Of a stretch of DNA of 64,000 nucleotides, positions 37,422-62,437 are shown one piece after another. The notes below the pieces were generated by a model that saw nothing but the letters and a program-made list of their open reading frames with translations, did no database searches and was not told the origin of the DNA. The DNA is taken from assembly GCA_965112735.1 (NCBI GenBank), contig OZ218951.1:5022001-5086000 (forward strand), read 5' to 3'. Origin of the DNA: Phaeosaccion multiseriatum. Taxonomy: Eukaryota > Protista > Ochrophyta, other classes. A program made the translations under genes and the position numbers. Every line of letters begins with the position of its first letter. Position 1 is the stretch's first letter.

Positions 37422-38703
37422 CTACGACCTTCTCCTCTTGCTGCCCTTCCCTCTCCTCCTGCCCTTTGTCCCTCCGGAAGCTTCAATATCGTCCACCACA
37501 CTCTTAATCCCGCACAGCTCATTGTAGCCCACCCCGCCTAAGATGAGCGTCTTGAAGGCCCAAAATGCCGCCGGTTGACGCAATTCACGAGCCTTGATGA
37601 AGGCGAGAGGAGCCATGAGAATGTTGATAGCGTACACCACCCCCAGACCCTTTTGGAGGAACTCTCTGATCTCGAAGGGGAGCTCTGTCAAGGGGAAGCC
37701 TTTGGGGCCGAGGGGGAGGAAGGGGTGGAAGGGGGGGGGGGGGTGCAGGAGAAAGATTAGAAGGGCGGGAAGGATACAGAGGGGGGGGGGAGAGAGAGGG
37801 AGAAGAGTATACACATGCACACACGCACATGTACACACACACACGCGCGCGCACACACACACACGCACGCACACGCACCTGGGTAGGAGACGAAGCCGCA
37901 AAGGAGACAGAGGAAGAGGAGGACAGTGTGGCCTGACTGGAGGAAGCTGTTGGGGATGCCCAGGAACGTCGTGGTGCCTTCGCCGAGGATGGAGGCGATG
38001 AAGTCGTACCTGAGGGGAGGGAGGAGGAGGAGGAGGAGGAGGAGGAGGAGGAGGAGGAGGAGGAGGAGGAGGAGAAAGAGGGGGAGGAGGGGGGGGGGGT
38101 GGCAGTAGGTGGGGGTCATGGGTGGAGGGGAGGGAGTGAGTGAGAGGGAGGGACGGGAGGGGGGAGAAGGGGGCAGGGCAAAGAAGCAATGAAGCGCCGC
38201 CGAACAAGCACATCGAATGGACCCGACGGCATGGAGGGAGCTGAATGTACTTGAAAGAAAAGAACGGGAGATTCGCAGCCCCGCGACCGGTCCTCACCCC
38301 CCTTCCATTGCCTTCCTTTTCTCGACGACACCCTTCGCACACGCACGCACACACCCACCCACCCACCCCCCCTATTTCCCATCCACTGCCATCATTGCCA
38401 TCCCCAGTACTCCATCCACTGCCATCCATCCATGCACTCACTCCTCCGTCTCGAAGAGGTCATCTCCGTCCGCCTCCGGGTCCTGCTCGAGCAGCTTGGT
38501 GAAGGCGGCGATGTCGTCTCTGCGCACCTTGGTCTTGGGAGTGGCGCTCGCCTTCACCTCCTGCACGGGGGGTGGCAGTGGATGGGGAGAGAGAGAGAGA
38601 GAGAGAGCAGGGAGGGAGTGAGACAGAAAGGGAGGGAGGGAGGGAGGGAGTGAGGGACGTGTTACGGGTGTGTGTGTGTGTGGTGCACACATAACGTTAC
38701 GTG

Positions 38704-38737
<34 letters not shown>

Positions 38738-40618
38738 AAGGGGCGGGGGCGGGGGTATCCTCGTCTACCTTCCCATCTTAGTCTCAGCTCTGCCCACTTG
38801 CACCCCCTTCCCCATACGCCTCTACTCTACCCACTCGACACCACCTTCCCCCCTATCGCCGTGTACCCACGCTCTCCTGCTCCCCGACCCCCCACCCCTC
38901 CCCCATATGCCTGCCCATATATCCCCACCCACCTTCTTCTTGGCAGATTTGGCCTGCAAGTCCTTAATATCAGGCAGGGGCATGACTCCATCGGCCCTGG
39001 CCGCGCCCTTCTCGCGCTCCTCCGTGGCCGGGCCAGCGGAGGCGAAGGGGCTGCGAGCATTGAAGTCCGACTCCTGAGGAGGGAATGGAATGGCAGTGGA
39101 TTGATGGAAGGACGAGGGAGTGGAAGAAGGGGGTGGGGGGTTGGGGTTGGGTTGTAGTGGGCGTGTGGGTCTTAGCTTCGAGCAGAGCGGGCTAGGACGG
39201 CAGTGGAGGGTCATGGCAATCTGTCCAAGCGAGAGAACCCCCTCTGTCTATACGGTAGGCAGCCATCATGCAGCCCGTCTATATGCCTCCATGATCGGCC
39301 ACAGAAATGTGGCGGTACCACCAGAACTGACCCCAGGTAACTGCTCTACTTGTCCTACGCAGCTCGATCCTCCCTCCGTTACGTACTCTCTTACGTAACG
39401 TACCCCGATATTCTCGCTCTCGACGGGCAACTCAATGTCGAGGTCAAACGCGTACTTGTTGGTCCTCTTGACACCTCCCTCCTTCTTCTTCTTCCCCCCC
39501 TCCTGCCCCTCCCCCCCCCCTTTCTGCTGCTGCTTGACGCCGGCGAGGTCAATCCCTTCTCCGGCTACAAGTGGCCGGGATGGCGTGTAGTTCGCACCCA
39601 GGGCCGCGAAAGGGTTCTCCTCCTCCTGTGGGGGTGGGGAGGTGGTGGGGGGGGACCAGGACAACAAAGATAATAATGTCGGCGTATTAGGAAGAGAACC
39701 ACATCAACCAGGAGAAGGTGCGAGGGTCTAGGGACATGCTGGTGTGGTGTGATGCAGGGAGGGAGGGAGGGAGGGATGGGTGGGTTGGGAGGTCCTGTTG
39801 GGCTGGCAGAGTAGACGAGGGGGGAGCAGTAGAAGGGAGGGGCTGATCGATCCATGAGTGGGCGGATCGATGCATGGCACCACGTGGACCGAGGGGGGGA
39901 GTGGGATGACTACTCTTTCCCTCCTCCTCTCCTTCTCTTCCTGCTCTTCCTCCCCACCTCATCCTCCTCGTTCCTCTCCTCCTCCTCCCCTCCTTAGTAT
40001 CACAAGACCAACACACCCAGCTCCACACGACTACGCCCCCCCCACTGGTAATGCTCTTGATCCTTCCACCCTACTCTTCCCCATCAACTTCTACCCAGCT
40101 CATCCCTCCTTCCCTGGGTCACTCACCTCCTCAAAGGTCTCTCCAGCCTTGCTCATGTCGTCCGTCGTTGGAGGGAGCAGCACTCCTTGTTGCGGCACTT
40201 CGTTTTCATCGACATTGCCTTGGCCTGTTGCTGCTTTTGGTGAAGATGGCGGTGCCGCCTTGCTTGCTGCACCCCCCTCTGGTACCCTCTTCCTCCTTCG
40301 CTTCTTCTTCGCGCCACCCCCTCCTCCCTTCGATCCTGCATATCTGACAGTCAAACTCTGCTGCTGACCCCATGCGCCTCGCCCTCCTGCTACTATCCTT
40401 CGGCGTCCCTTGCTGCTATCAAATGATCCCACAAGTCGTGTGGCCGCCGAGCGTCTTGCTTCTGCTGCTGTCGAAGACCCCGCCTTCCCTGCTGCACCCC
40501 GACTACTACCTGACATTGGAGAGAGTACCCCAAAGCCCTCCACCAGGGGAGCCACCCAGAGACAGCAGCACAGCAGGCCTAGCGCCACCCGACTCTCCCC
40601 TCCCAACGAGGCGACCAT
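37422..40618 (-). CDS. Hypothetical plastid-targeted membrane protein, ~6 exons
   Basis: Signal peptide ending VEG|F then an S/R/A-rich transit stretch. Exons join in frame to a C-terminal hydrophobic domain (FLGIPNSFLQSGH...YPGFPLTELP...GLGVVYAIN...QPAAFWAFKTLILGG). Confidence 0.75.
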
Positions 40619-41387
40619 CCTGGTCTTCGTTTTTGGGGTGTTTCAGCTTCCCTGCTGCTCCTCCACGTCCTCGTCCCTTCGCAACGCGGCTTCACCTCCT
40701 CAGCTTTACCTTCTCCACCTCAGTCCGTCTCTCTATCTGCCTCTGCTGTCTGATTTGCTGTAGTAATCTCCGAGGGACGGAGCGAGGGAAAATCTGAGGG
40801 TTTCCATGTCGTCATTGTTCTTCCCTTCGCCCCTGGGCCTAGAAAAATCGCCGTTAGGATTTAGACGAGGCGCGCGGGGAGAGAGGAGAGAGCAGCAGGG
40901 AGAGCAGCATCATCACTGCATCATCAGTAATACTTGAATAATTACAAGCAGCAGCAGCAGCAGCAGAGAAGCAAGGGAGGAGAAGTGAAGGGAAGGAAGA
41001 GGAAAGAGGAAGGGAGGAGAGGGAAAGTAGGTTGGAGACTCCAGTTTTGCTCTGCGATCAGGAACGCACGCACAGGTCATCACCAGGAGCAGCAATACGA
41101 CAAAGGGAGAGAGGGCCCGCTCGGTTCTGCTCAGAGGGGAGGGGTAAGCTGATGCAGCAGCAGGCGCAGCCATCGTAATCGACTGACCGCGTTTGTGCAA
41201 GGGGGGAGACTTTGCAGCGGGCAGGCTTTGATCAGGCTTTTGCACACAAGGTGGGCATCGACAGAAGCATTCGGAAGCGCGAGGAACTCCCTCACATGTG
41301 GCAAGAGGGCCTTGACACGCACTGACGCAACACACGCGCTAAGGCATAGGGGTTTGGAAAGGGAGGGGGTGGCGAGGCGGGAGAGCC

Positions 41388-41686
41388 ATGAAGAGGACCT
41401 ATGGGCATGCGCAGCCAACGGGAGTCTTCAGGAAACCGGCACTCACTGGCTACAGTGGCACACAACACAATGGCGACAAAGGTGAGGAGTAGAGAGAGTA
41501 TCCTTGGCTGCACAAGGCTCATGGCAACGCGCGAGCGAGTGTCGTGGGCGCCGTGTCTTGCCCTTTCTGTCATTGAGAGACGGCCACTTATGAGGCTAGG
41601 CGAGAAGCTTAGCATCACCGGCCTTCATTTTCTCTTGTCTCTTGATCGGGTGGACAAGGCGGCCGTATCTGAAGCCCGACCCGGCC

Positions 41687-41759
<73 letters not shown>

Positions 41760-42929
41760 TGTGTGTCCCCAACCCACCCCCCGCTCTCTGTCTCTCCCGT
41801 ACCCATATTTCATGCCTGCGTAGAAAACGGCCCATTTGGTAGGGCAATACATGGCGGGGGCAAGGCCGGGACACAACCAAAATCAGCAACATCATCATCA
41901 GTAGCAGCATCTGCAGCAGCGGCAGCGGCAGCAGCAGGGGGGGCGTCAGTAGGGCAAAAAAACGCCTCTCTCCCTAGAAAGCTCGGCACAACCACCACGA
42001 AAGGCAGCACTGTAGCCGCCACACCATCCTCCAGTAAGCTCCCCACCTCCTCCTTCTCTCTTGGTAAGACAGGCCAGGCACATGCAGCAGGGGCAACAGC
42101 GGCAGGAGGAGCAGGGGCAGCAACCGCGGCAGGAGGAGCAGGAGCGACAGCAGTGGGAGGAGGAGGAGGAGGAGGAGGAGGAGGAGGAGGGGAAGGCTCG
42201 GCAGCAGGGGGTGCCAAGCGGGTACCCGTCAAGGTAAGGAGGGGGGCCAGGTAGAGGCCTATGGGAGAGGCATTGGGAGGAGGGCCAGTTAGAGGCATAC
42301 GGGAGGAGGACGAGAAGGAGGAGGCGGCGGGGGGGGGGGGGCGGGGCTTACCTGTTATCCTGACCTACCTTCTCCTTAGCCTCACTCTTCCTCACATTGC
42401 ACCGGACCGGGAGGGAAAGTCACCCCCCTGCCTCCCGTATGCGTGACCATTTGCCGTCGGATCCCTACGCCCCATTCTCCCTCCCTCTCTACCCTTGCAC
42501 TGCTTTGGTTGGTTGATATGTATGTTTCGTCTATGTGCATGCCATGGTGATTCCTTAGATCAAGGCCGGACGCACGGACGCAGCCAAACGGGGCAAGCTG
42601 TGGACACTCAACGACTTTGAGATCGGTCGGCCCCTCGGCAAGGGCAAGTTCGGCAATGTCTATCTCGCCAGGGAGCGAAAGAGCAAGTACATTGTGGCAC
42701 TAAAGGTGAGAATGGTCATGATGAAGCGACAGAGTGGCTGAGCACTGAGCGACTCTCTCACTCTCTCGCGTATCTTTCGTTCTTCTCTCTCTCTTCTCCT
42801 TCCGTCACTGATGACACTGAAACAAATGCCATGGATGCGATTATGCACATCTCTCCTCTCCCTCCATCCGTCCCTCCCTCTCTCTTTCATCCCTCTCTCT
42901 CTCGTCTCTCCTCCCCGCACCCGCCCCCA

Positions 42930-42969
<40 letters not shown>

Positions 42970-44580
42970 ATGTGTCTGTGCGTGTGTGTCCAGGTGATGA
43001 TGAAGAAGCAGCTCAGCGAGGCTGCAGAGGGCATGGAGCATCAGCTCAGGAGGGAGATTGAGATTCAGAGCCACTTACGGTAAGTCAGTGAAGGGAGGAA
43101 GGAAGGAAGGGGGCATGGAGGGAGAGGCGGAGAGAAATGGATGATGGGTCTGTAGGCCTCTTCCCCTCTGCCTGTTGCCGTGCCCCTATGCCTGCCATCT
43201 ACCCTGGCGAGCGGAAAGGCGGAAGGAGGGGACGGATGTTAAGGAGCGAAGGAGGGGAAGGACTGCTCGTGGTGAAGGAGGGGAAGGACTGCTCGTGGTG
43301 AAGGAGGTTCCGCGTCACCATATGCTTGGCAGGGCAAGAGCAGATATGGGCTTTGTGGCTGTGGCTGCTGTCGCCTTCGTCCTGTCTGCTACCGCTGCCG
43401 TCTTTGTTCTTACCCAGTGCATAATGCATACATACACATACCCACCCCTTCCCTGCTCCCCTCCCCTTAGTAACCGGCACATTCTGCGGCTGTACGGTTA
43501 CTTCTACGACAAGACAAGAGTGTTCCTCATCCTCGAGTTTGCTCCAGGGGGGGAGTTCTACAAGAGGTTGCAGGCAGCGGGCCGCTTCACTGAGAAGCAG
43601 GTTTGTGTGTGTGCGTGTGTGTGTGCATGTATGTATGCATGTATGTACGTGATGACGAACGCTAATGTGACTTCTTTCGCTTCAGAGTTCCTTAGTACTT
43701 GAAACAGGCCTGAGCTATTCGTGCACCCCTTCCTTCTTTCTGTCTTGCTTGACATTGCTTGACACTCGGCACCCACTCGGCACTCACTGGGGGCGCACTT
43801 GTCTGTCCTGTCCTATCCTGTCCTGTTCTCTGCATGTGTGTGGGTGCGCGTGTATATTTCTTCTTGTCGCTCATGCCCCTCCCTCCCTCTCACCCTCCGT
43901 CCCTCCCTCCCTCCCTCTCTCCCTCCCTCCCTTCGTCCCCCTCTCCCTCCCTCCCCCCCTCCTTTCTTCCACTCCCTCCCTCTCTCTCTTCCACCAGTCG
44001 GCCGCCTACATCCTTCAAATGAGCCACGCCCTCCTCTACTGTCACTCCAAGCACGTCATCCACAGAGACATTAAGCCTGAGAACCTTCTCCTGGGGGCCA
44101 AGGGCGAGCTCAAGATTGCTGACTTTGGTTGGGCAGTGCACGCCCCAAACACACGAAGGAAGACCATGTGCGGGACTCTGGACTATGTGCCGCCGGAGAT
44201 GGTTGAGGTGAGTGTCAATCGGACTTTTGGCATTTGGGCATTTCGAGCCACCCCCCCCCCCTCCTCCTCCTCTCTCTCTTTCTCTCTCCCTGTAAACTCT
44301 TTCTCAGCCTACCCTCGACCTCCCATCCACTGCCTTCCCCCTGTTATCCCCTCTCTTGTGTTCTCCCCATCCAACGCCCCTCCCACCTACCCATGCACCT
44401 CCAAACAACACCAAATGCCAATTCCCCACCCGCCCGTGTTTTATCGACTCTCTCAAACCACTTCCCTCACTGCAGGGACGTGCCTGCTCACTCCACTGGT
44501 GGTTATGTAGCTTGTGCCATGCCTCTCTAAACCCAGCCCATATGCCTGCCTCTTGTCTCTCTCCCTAACCCCCGCCCATT

Positions 44581-44635
<55 letters not shown>

Positions 44636-45406
44636 ACCCAACGCCCTGATGCTCTCCCTCCCCCAGGGGCGTGACTACTACACAGGAGTGGATGTGTGGG
44701 CCCTCGGAGTACTCATGTATGAGTTCCTGGTAGGAGACCCCCCCTTCCTCACCGCCTCACACACCGCAACCATGCGCCGCATTAGCAGGATTGACTTCGA
44801 GGTACGATGCGTACGTTAGTTACGTAAGCTTTCTTAACGCAAGGATGTGTACTCCGCACGCACGCTCACACACCACCTCATCCGCGATGTTTTCCCTCTC
44901 CGGATGGCCCTACGCACTCATCCAGTCCCTCACCTACTCCCCGCCCTACGCACTCATCCAGTCCCTCACCTACTCCCCGCCCTACGCACTCATCCAGTCC
45001 CTCACCTACTCCCCGCCCTACGCACTCATCCAGTCCCTCACCTACTCCCCACTCTCTCTCTCTCTCCCTCTCCCTCCTCCCTCACCCTCTCCCTCGCCCA
45101 ATCCCCTCTTCCTCACCCACCCCCACTCCCTCAATCCATCCCCTCTTCCTCCCTCTCTCTCCCCCTCTCCCTCCCTCCCTCCCCCTCCCTCTCTCTGTGT
45201 GTACACAGGTACCCGACTTTGTGTCTCCTGAAGCAGCCGACCTCATCACCCGCTTGCTCAAGAAGGACCCGGAGGAGAGAATGCCCATTGAGGATGTACC
45301 TAAACATCCCTGGATCCGGAAACACTGCGGAGGAGGAGGAGGAGGAGGAGGAGGAGGAGGAGGAGGAGGAGGAGGAGGAGGGGGTACAGGAGCGGGCAAA
45401 GGATGA
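41388..45406 (+). CDS. AURK: Aurora kinase, ~8 exons
   Basis: [77 protein letters not shown] and [15 protein letters not shown]. The first exon splices to form a KEN box (GDK|EN). Confidence 0.96.
44908..45051. repeat. 36-bp minisatellite, 4 copies, in the last Aurora intron
   Basis: CCCTACGCACTCATCCAGTCCCTCACCTACTCCCCG repeated four times. Confidence 0.92.
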
Positions 45407-46773
45407 CGGGCCTACTGCTTCATTCTTCTGCTTGTGCTGCTTCTTCGTCTTTGTCTTCGTCTTCCTTGTGTTGGGAGCGCTCACTCCCACATGATTAATT
45501 AAAATTAATAAGGGGCCCGTGGGAGAGAAGGACATCTTGCACCGCCTCTAACCAACCCTTGTGTAACCGTTATGTAATAATCTTATCTTCCTTCTGTACT
45601 TCATTTCATCACTGTGTCGGGAGGGCGTCAGTTTACTCACTCCATGTACAAGGAATCCTCTTCTACTCTTGTTGTACGATGCATGTATGTAGTGCTGTCT
45701 TCGAGAGAGAATCCATTGCGACGGTAAAGGAGGTACACTTACTTCAGCGAGTGCTGTCAAAAGGAGAAAGGCAGAGACAGAGGAATGTTCCGAGGAATGC
45801 TCCGTGCCTCAGTACTGACGGCTCTCTGCAAGGCTAGAATCGCGCTATCGTACGGTAGCTCAAGCGGCGGGCATGTTGGGAAAGCGCACTTCTCCTGCTG
45901 CTTGTTGTGGACCATGTGGTGCCATCTGTACTGCCTAAAAGGAACGAATTGAATCGGCGAAGGCATCATTTTGACGTCACTCACGCCGTAGGATCAGACG
46001 ATAAATTTAAAAAAGAGTTAACTCAATCGTGCAATTCAATATATAGAGACCCCTCGTCCCTCCTCCCTTCTCTTCCAGCCATTGCTCGCAGCTGATCTCC
46101 TCTAATCCTCTCTCCTCCTCTCCTTTCCCCTTCCTTCCATTCCCTTCCCTTCGCTCTTCATCTGTGCCTCAGCTGACTAAGGCACCAAGGGCCAAGTCAG
46201 GTCAGCTCAGCAGTTGGTGATACAGCAGCCGGTCTGCTCATCCCGTACCACTCAACTACTGACTGCTTGTCCTACACACACGTCACACAGCTGCCTTCCC
46301 TCCTACCAACAACTTGCATTTATCACTTCCAGTTTGGACTCCAGTTTGGACGCCTACTCATACAACGCCAAAACTAAAGCAAGCCGCCCCCCAGCCCACT
46401 GTAAGCCGTCCGCCCCGCCCTGCGGCCGCCCCGAGGCAGCAACAACAGCGCAACAACACCTCAACGCCAGCTCAAGCGCAGCCCGTCTCTCATCACCGCC
46501 ATGCCACCACAACACCAGCCCAAGCATACGCACAGCACATGCCAAGCCCATGTCATCGTTGCCATCCCACCTCTTGCCAGGCTGGAGCTACCCTGCCTGT
46601 TGATGCCCGCGGCCCTACCACTTCCCCGCTGCCCTGCCGCGCTGCCCTGCGCCTCGCTACTTCCCTGGGTGAGCCACGGACCGACAGACACGAGGCAACC
46701 ACGACCCCACGACGACAAGGAGGAGGAAGGCAAAGGACGCCGCTGCCGCTGCCCTGCCCCCTACTTCCTTTAC

Positions 46774-57549
<10,776 letters not shown>

Positions 57550-57920
57550 GCGTGACAAACCTTTTGTCTGTGGATTGCGTTGGTTGGCGTATGTGTGTTG
57601 ATGGCAGAGCAGGGTGGGTCAAGGCAAGGGGAAGGGAGAGGGAGGGAGAGAGGGGGACACACACACACACAGAGAGAGAGAGGAGGGGGAGGGTAGGAGA
57701 GAAAGGAGTGGGGGAGGGGATGAGCAAGAAAGAGAGGTAGCGAGGAGAGAAGGAGGGAGGGAAAGGAGGGAGGGGAGTGTGAGACATGGGGTGCCAACAC
57801 TCAGGGCGCGCCAACAAAACTATGATGAAAGAAGCCTGTAATGGGCAGAAGGGGGAGGAAGGACAGACCCGTGCAGGAGGGCAGCACCCAGGTACCGCGG
57901 CACTTCATATCAGCAGACAC

Positions 57921-57944
57921 TTTGCCGGAAATTACATTTCCCGC
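57921..57944. promoter_or_regulatory. Putative E2F/DP sites upstream of POLA1
   Basis: TTTCCCGC (57937-57944) is the canonical E2F consensus and TTTGCCGG (57921-57928) is a variant. They lie ~390 bp upstream of the Pol alpha ATG, a classical E2F target. Confidence 0.45.
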
Positions 57945-58487
57945 CCCCCTTCCCCTCAACATCGGGAAGGCGGCTTACTGGCTACAGACTCCAGAGCTAG
58001 TCCTGCCCTGGTGCTGGTCGCTACCTGCTGAGCAGTCTGGTTTCCCCCTGGTCTGTGGCTGTGCTAAAGCTGCTGGTTTCTTTTGCGTTGTGCTCTCTGG
58101 TGGCAAAGCACGTTCAGGTTTTTGAAAAGCAGTCCCCTGCAACGACCCACGATATCGACCCTCCTTGCTGCTCTACACTGCCAATCGCTACGGAGGAGGC
58201 ACACATGCATCTGCGCAAAGGACAAGCCCAAGACCGTCAATCCCTCCTGACTTCCTCTCCTCCTCTCTTACCTATTTTTTTCTTTCTATTGTTGCTTCAC
58301 TCTGAGCGCGATTTCGATTTCAAAAATGAGGTCGATCTCGATCTCGACTTTTTTCCCGAGGGGACGGAAAAAAAATAATGTCGAAGCTGGCGGGAGGAGG
58401 GGGGGCGATTTATTAAACCGCAGTCTATATCATAATTAATTAAGGAGAGAGTAGGCTCCATAGAAGGAAGAAGGAGGAGCGTAAGAA

Positions 58488-61400
58488 ATGGTGCGCTCTG
58501 TCTCCTCTCTCGCCGCGGCGGCGGCGTTGCTGGCGGGGACTGTGCCATGTAGAGTGGAGGGCTTTGCGCCGTTGGGGGTGGTGCCGGCTTTCTCCGCGTC
58601 CAGCAGCGGCAGGGCTAGCAGCAGCAGCAACAGGGCGATGAGCATGAGGACTGCAGTGGTCGTCCCTACTTCAGCTGCATCTGCCTCCTCCATGCCCCTG
58701 CACCTCCGCTCCATGCTCGTTCAGCCATCGTCTTCCCTTCCCACCACCCTCAGCAGCAGCAGCCTCGCGCCGTCGGCTCACAGCCAACGCAGCGCGTCAG
58801 GGCCTCTGGCAGCGGCATCAGCGTCGGTAGAGATTGATGTGCCGAAGGAGAAGGGCAAGCTTATGAAGGCATACCTCGGCGCGAGCACATGGTTCACCAA
58901 CCTCTTCCCTGTGTGGCTGGCGCTCTTCAGTGCCATCGCCCTTAAGAGGCCGGACGCCTTTGCCTGGTTTACCACGGAGTACTTCACCGGAGGTGAGGGG
59001 GGGGAGGTGGTGTGTGTGTGTGCCGAGAGGGAGAGAGAGAGAGAGAGGGGGGGGGGGGAAGGGAATACAGCAGAGAAAACATGTGTTGATCAGACGACGT
59101 AGCGCAGGGCGAGGGGAAGAGAGAGAGAGATATAGTGGGGATTGGGAAAATTAGTTGCTCTTTTTTTGTTCTCTCTCTGCTCTCTTGCGGTCCTGTGCAC
59201 AGGCGAGAGGCAGGTGCTGCTTGGGCCCCGGAGCAAAGGGATACGCAATGCCAAAGGAGACAGACTGTTGTGTGCATGATTGAGTGGGACCGGTCTATTA
59301 TGCCGCCTGACTAAGCGCTGATTGCAAATATGGGGATAGAGAGGGAGAGAAGTGCGAGAGAGGACGAGTGGGAGGCGAGCGTGGGGCGGAAGCAATTACC
59401 TACCAAAACGTGCACACACTTGTTCACACGCTAGTACGCAAACTTTACACACACACGCACCCCTTGCCCCCTCTCTCTCGCCCTCTGCCCTCCATGCTGG
59501 CTACTGACTCCTCTTTCTCCCTCCCCTGTCATCCACCCACCCACCCGCTGCCATCCGCTGCCATCCTCTCTCATCTCCTTTGTCCATCCAGGGCTTGCGG
59601 TGCTGATGCTTTCCATGGGCATCACGCTCTCCCCTCGGGATTTCCAGAACGTGCTCAAGCGGCCTAACGCGGTCCTCGTCGGGTACGTATGATTACATAA
59701 GTGAGGCGCAGGCTTGCTTTGGGTTGTCAAAAGAAGACACCATTCACGATGCCCGCTGCCCGCTTTGCCCGCTGCCCGCTGCCTGCTGCCCCTGGCGCTG
59801 CCCCCTGCCTAACAACTGCCCATATACGGTTGGGCCCGTATGCCTGCTACTGCCTGCCCCTGTCCCTAACCCTTCCTTTCAGCTTCATCTTCTGCTACGC
59901 CTGCATGCCCGCCCTGGCCTACGGGCTCGGACTCGCCGCAGGACTCAGCCCAGCCATGCTTGCAGGTGCGTGGGTGTAGTATGTCAATGGGTGCGTGGGT
60001 GCATGGAGCGTTACACTACAGCGGTTATAGCACAGGGGGTACCTAGGGGGTGGGTAGATGGGTGAGTAGAACGTTGGTAGATGGGTGGGTGGAGTAAGTG
60101 GGTGAGTGGGTAGGTCAGTGAGTGAGTGAGTGAATGAGTGAGTGAGTGAATGAGTGGGTCTGATAGGGAAATAATGTGGGTGGGAGAGAAACAAGAGAAA
60201 GAGCAGGGAAGGTGGTAAGGTGATAAGGGGCTGGGCTGGGGTGGGGTGTGTGTGTGTGTGTACAAAGTAGAGCAGAGCTGTCACATCAGTCGCATCCCTT
60301 TCTTCTCCTCAACCCCCTACCACCGCCTCCTCTTCTCATCCCTGTCCCTCTCCCCTCCAGGCCTGGTGCTCGTAGGCTCCATCAACGGCGGACAGGCTTC
60401 CAACCTGTGCACCTACATCGCTAACGGCAACGTCGCCCTCTCAGTCATGATGACTACTGTCACCACCCTGGGCGCCATTGTTATGACTCCTCTGCTCTGC
60501 AAGTTCCTGCTTGGAGCAGTGGTGCCTGTTGATGCTGCGGGCATTGCAATGTCCACCATTCAGGTTAGGATGGGCACGGGGGAGAGAGGAGACAAGGGGA
60601 GGGAGAGGGGTTCGAGGAAGAGGTGGTATGGCCACGAACAGGATCGACTCTATCCCATTCACTGCCATCCCCTAACCCATCCACTGCCATCCATCCCCTA
60701 ACCCATCCACTGCCATCCACCCGCTTACCCGTCCACTACCATCCCACCCCTTTTCCATGAAGGTGGTGCTGGCCCCTATCGCTGTGGGCATGGCCACCAA
60801 CAAATTCTTCCCCAAGGCAGTCAAGGCGGTGCTGCCCGTCACCCCCGTGGTGGGCGTGCTGTCCACTTGCTTTCTTGTGGCCTCGGCAGTGGCGCAGGTG
60901 TGTGTGTGTGGGGGGGGGGGGGGTCGGAGAGAGAGGGAGAGAGAGAGGGAGAGATAAAGAGGGCTCAGAGGTTGAGAGAGCCGGACAGGAGAGATGGAGA
61001 GAGGGAGGGGAGAGAGAGAGGCACAAGTGCACACAGGAGACAACAGGGAGAGGGGTAAAGGCGCCTCACCACCATTGGAGAGGAAGGGACCAGCAGCAGC
61101 CGTGCAGCAGGCGTGAACACTCTCATTACATTACTCCTCCTCCCCCTCCTCCTCCTGCTCCTCCTCTCCCACCCCAAACCCGTCCTCCTCCTCTTCCTCC
61201 TCTTCCTCCTCCTCCTATTGCCTCCTCCTCCTCCTCCTCCTCTTCCTCCTCTTCTCTCCTGAACACACACCAACCCATCCTGTCCTGACACCAGGTTGCA
61301 GACACGATTATCAGTGCCGGCTGGGGACTGCAGATCCCCATCATCCTGCTGCACCTCGTCGGTGGACTTGGCGGTTACTTCCTCCCCAGACTGATGGGCT

Positions 61401-62437
61401 TCTCGGAGACCACAAGCCGGACCATGGCCATTGAGACATCCATGAAGTCATCTGTGAGTGTGTGTGTGTGTGCATGTGTTGGTGATACGCAGAGGGAGGG
61501 GGGTAGGGAAGGGAGGAGGGGGGAAGGGGAGCGTCCGTCGATGCAATTTTCTCCCCGCACAGACACGGACATTCACTCACCCATCCACCCACCAACCAAC
61601 CCATCCTCCACCCACTCACCCCCTCTTTTGTTTTGTTCATTCTATGAATCAACCAATAAAGGCGTTCGGTTTCCTGCTGGCAAAGCTGCACTTCGGTGCT
61701 TTCGATGCTCGTGTGCCCGCTGCTGTGTCGGTTGTGTGGATGGCCATCACAGGCAGTCTCTTGGCCATCGTGTGGAGGTACATCCCTGTGAAGGTAAGCG
61801 ATGACGGAGATGAAAGGGTTGAGCGTTGAGGGGGGCTTACGGACGGATACGTGAGAAGGGTTACGGATCGGTGTTTTGAGTAGTGAGTGAGTGAGTGAGT
61901 GAGTGAGTGAGTGAGTGATTGTCAGGACCTACCGATTGAGTGAGTGAGTGAGTCTGGGGTGTTAGGTAGCGAGTGATAGGGGAGTCAAGATATGGAGTCA
62001 AGATATGGATCCCAAGTGAGGGATACGCAGAGGAATAATTGTGTGATTACGTAATTTCTGTGCGTTTCATCCATGTGTGCGTGTAGGCTTGCGCTCTCTC
62101 TTAACTCCCCCTCCGTCCCACCCTTCCTCCCTCCTCCTCCTCCTCCTCCTCCTCCTCTCTTCCCCAGCGTCTCGAGATTGACTTCAGTGTGAAGGAGAAA
62201 TTCGACAAAGTCAACTTCCTCAACATCTTTAAGTGGATGCAGAGGAAGATCACTGGAGGAGCTGACACAGTGAAAGATGAAGCAAGCTCAGTATCAAGCT
62301 CGGTTAAGGAAGGAGGAGACGGATTGAAGAACTCTCTCAAAGGAGGAGTAGACGCAGTGAAGGCAGGAACAGACTCCGTGAAGAGCGCGGCTAAGGAAGG
62401 AGGAGACGCAGTGAGCGATGCAGCGAAAGACGCGTAA
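58488..62437 (+). CDS. Plastid bile acid:sodium symporter family transporter (BASS-like), ~8 exons
   Basis: Bipartite leader (VEG|FAP), [73 protein letters not shown] and [10 protein letters not shown]. Confidence 0.93.

Noticed and set aside
44908-45051. Four 36-bp direct repeats as a CRISPR array
   Set aside because: The repeats are head-to-tail with no spacers, inside a eukaryotic intron, and there are no cas genes.
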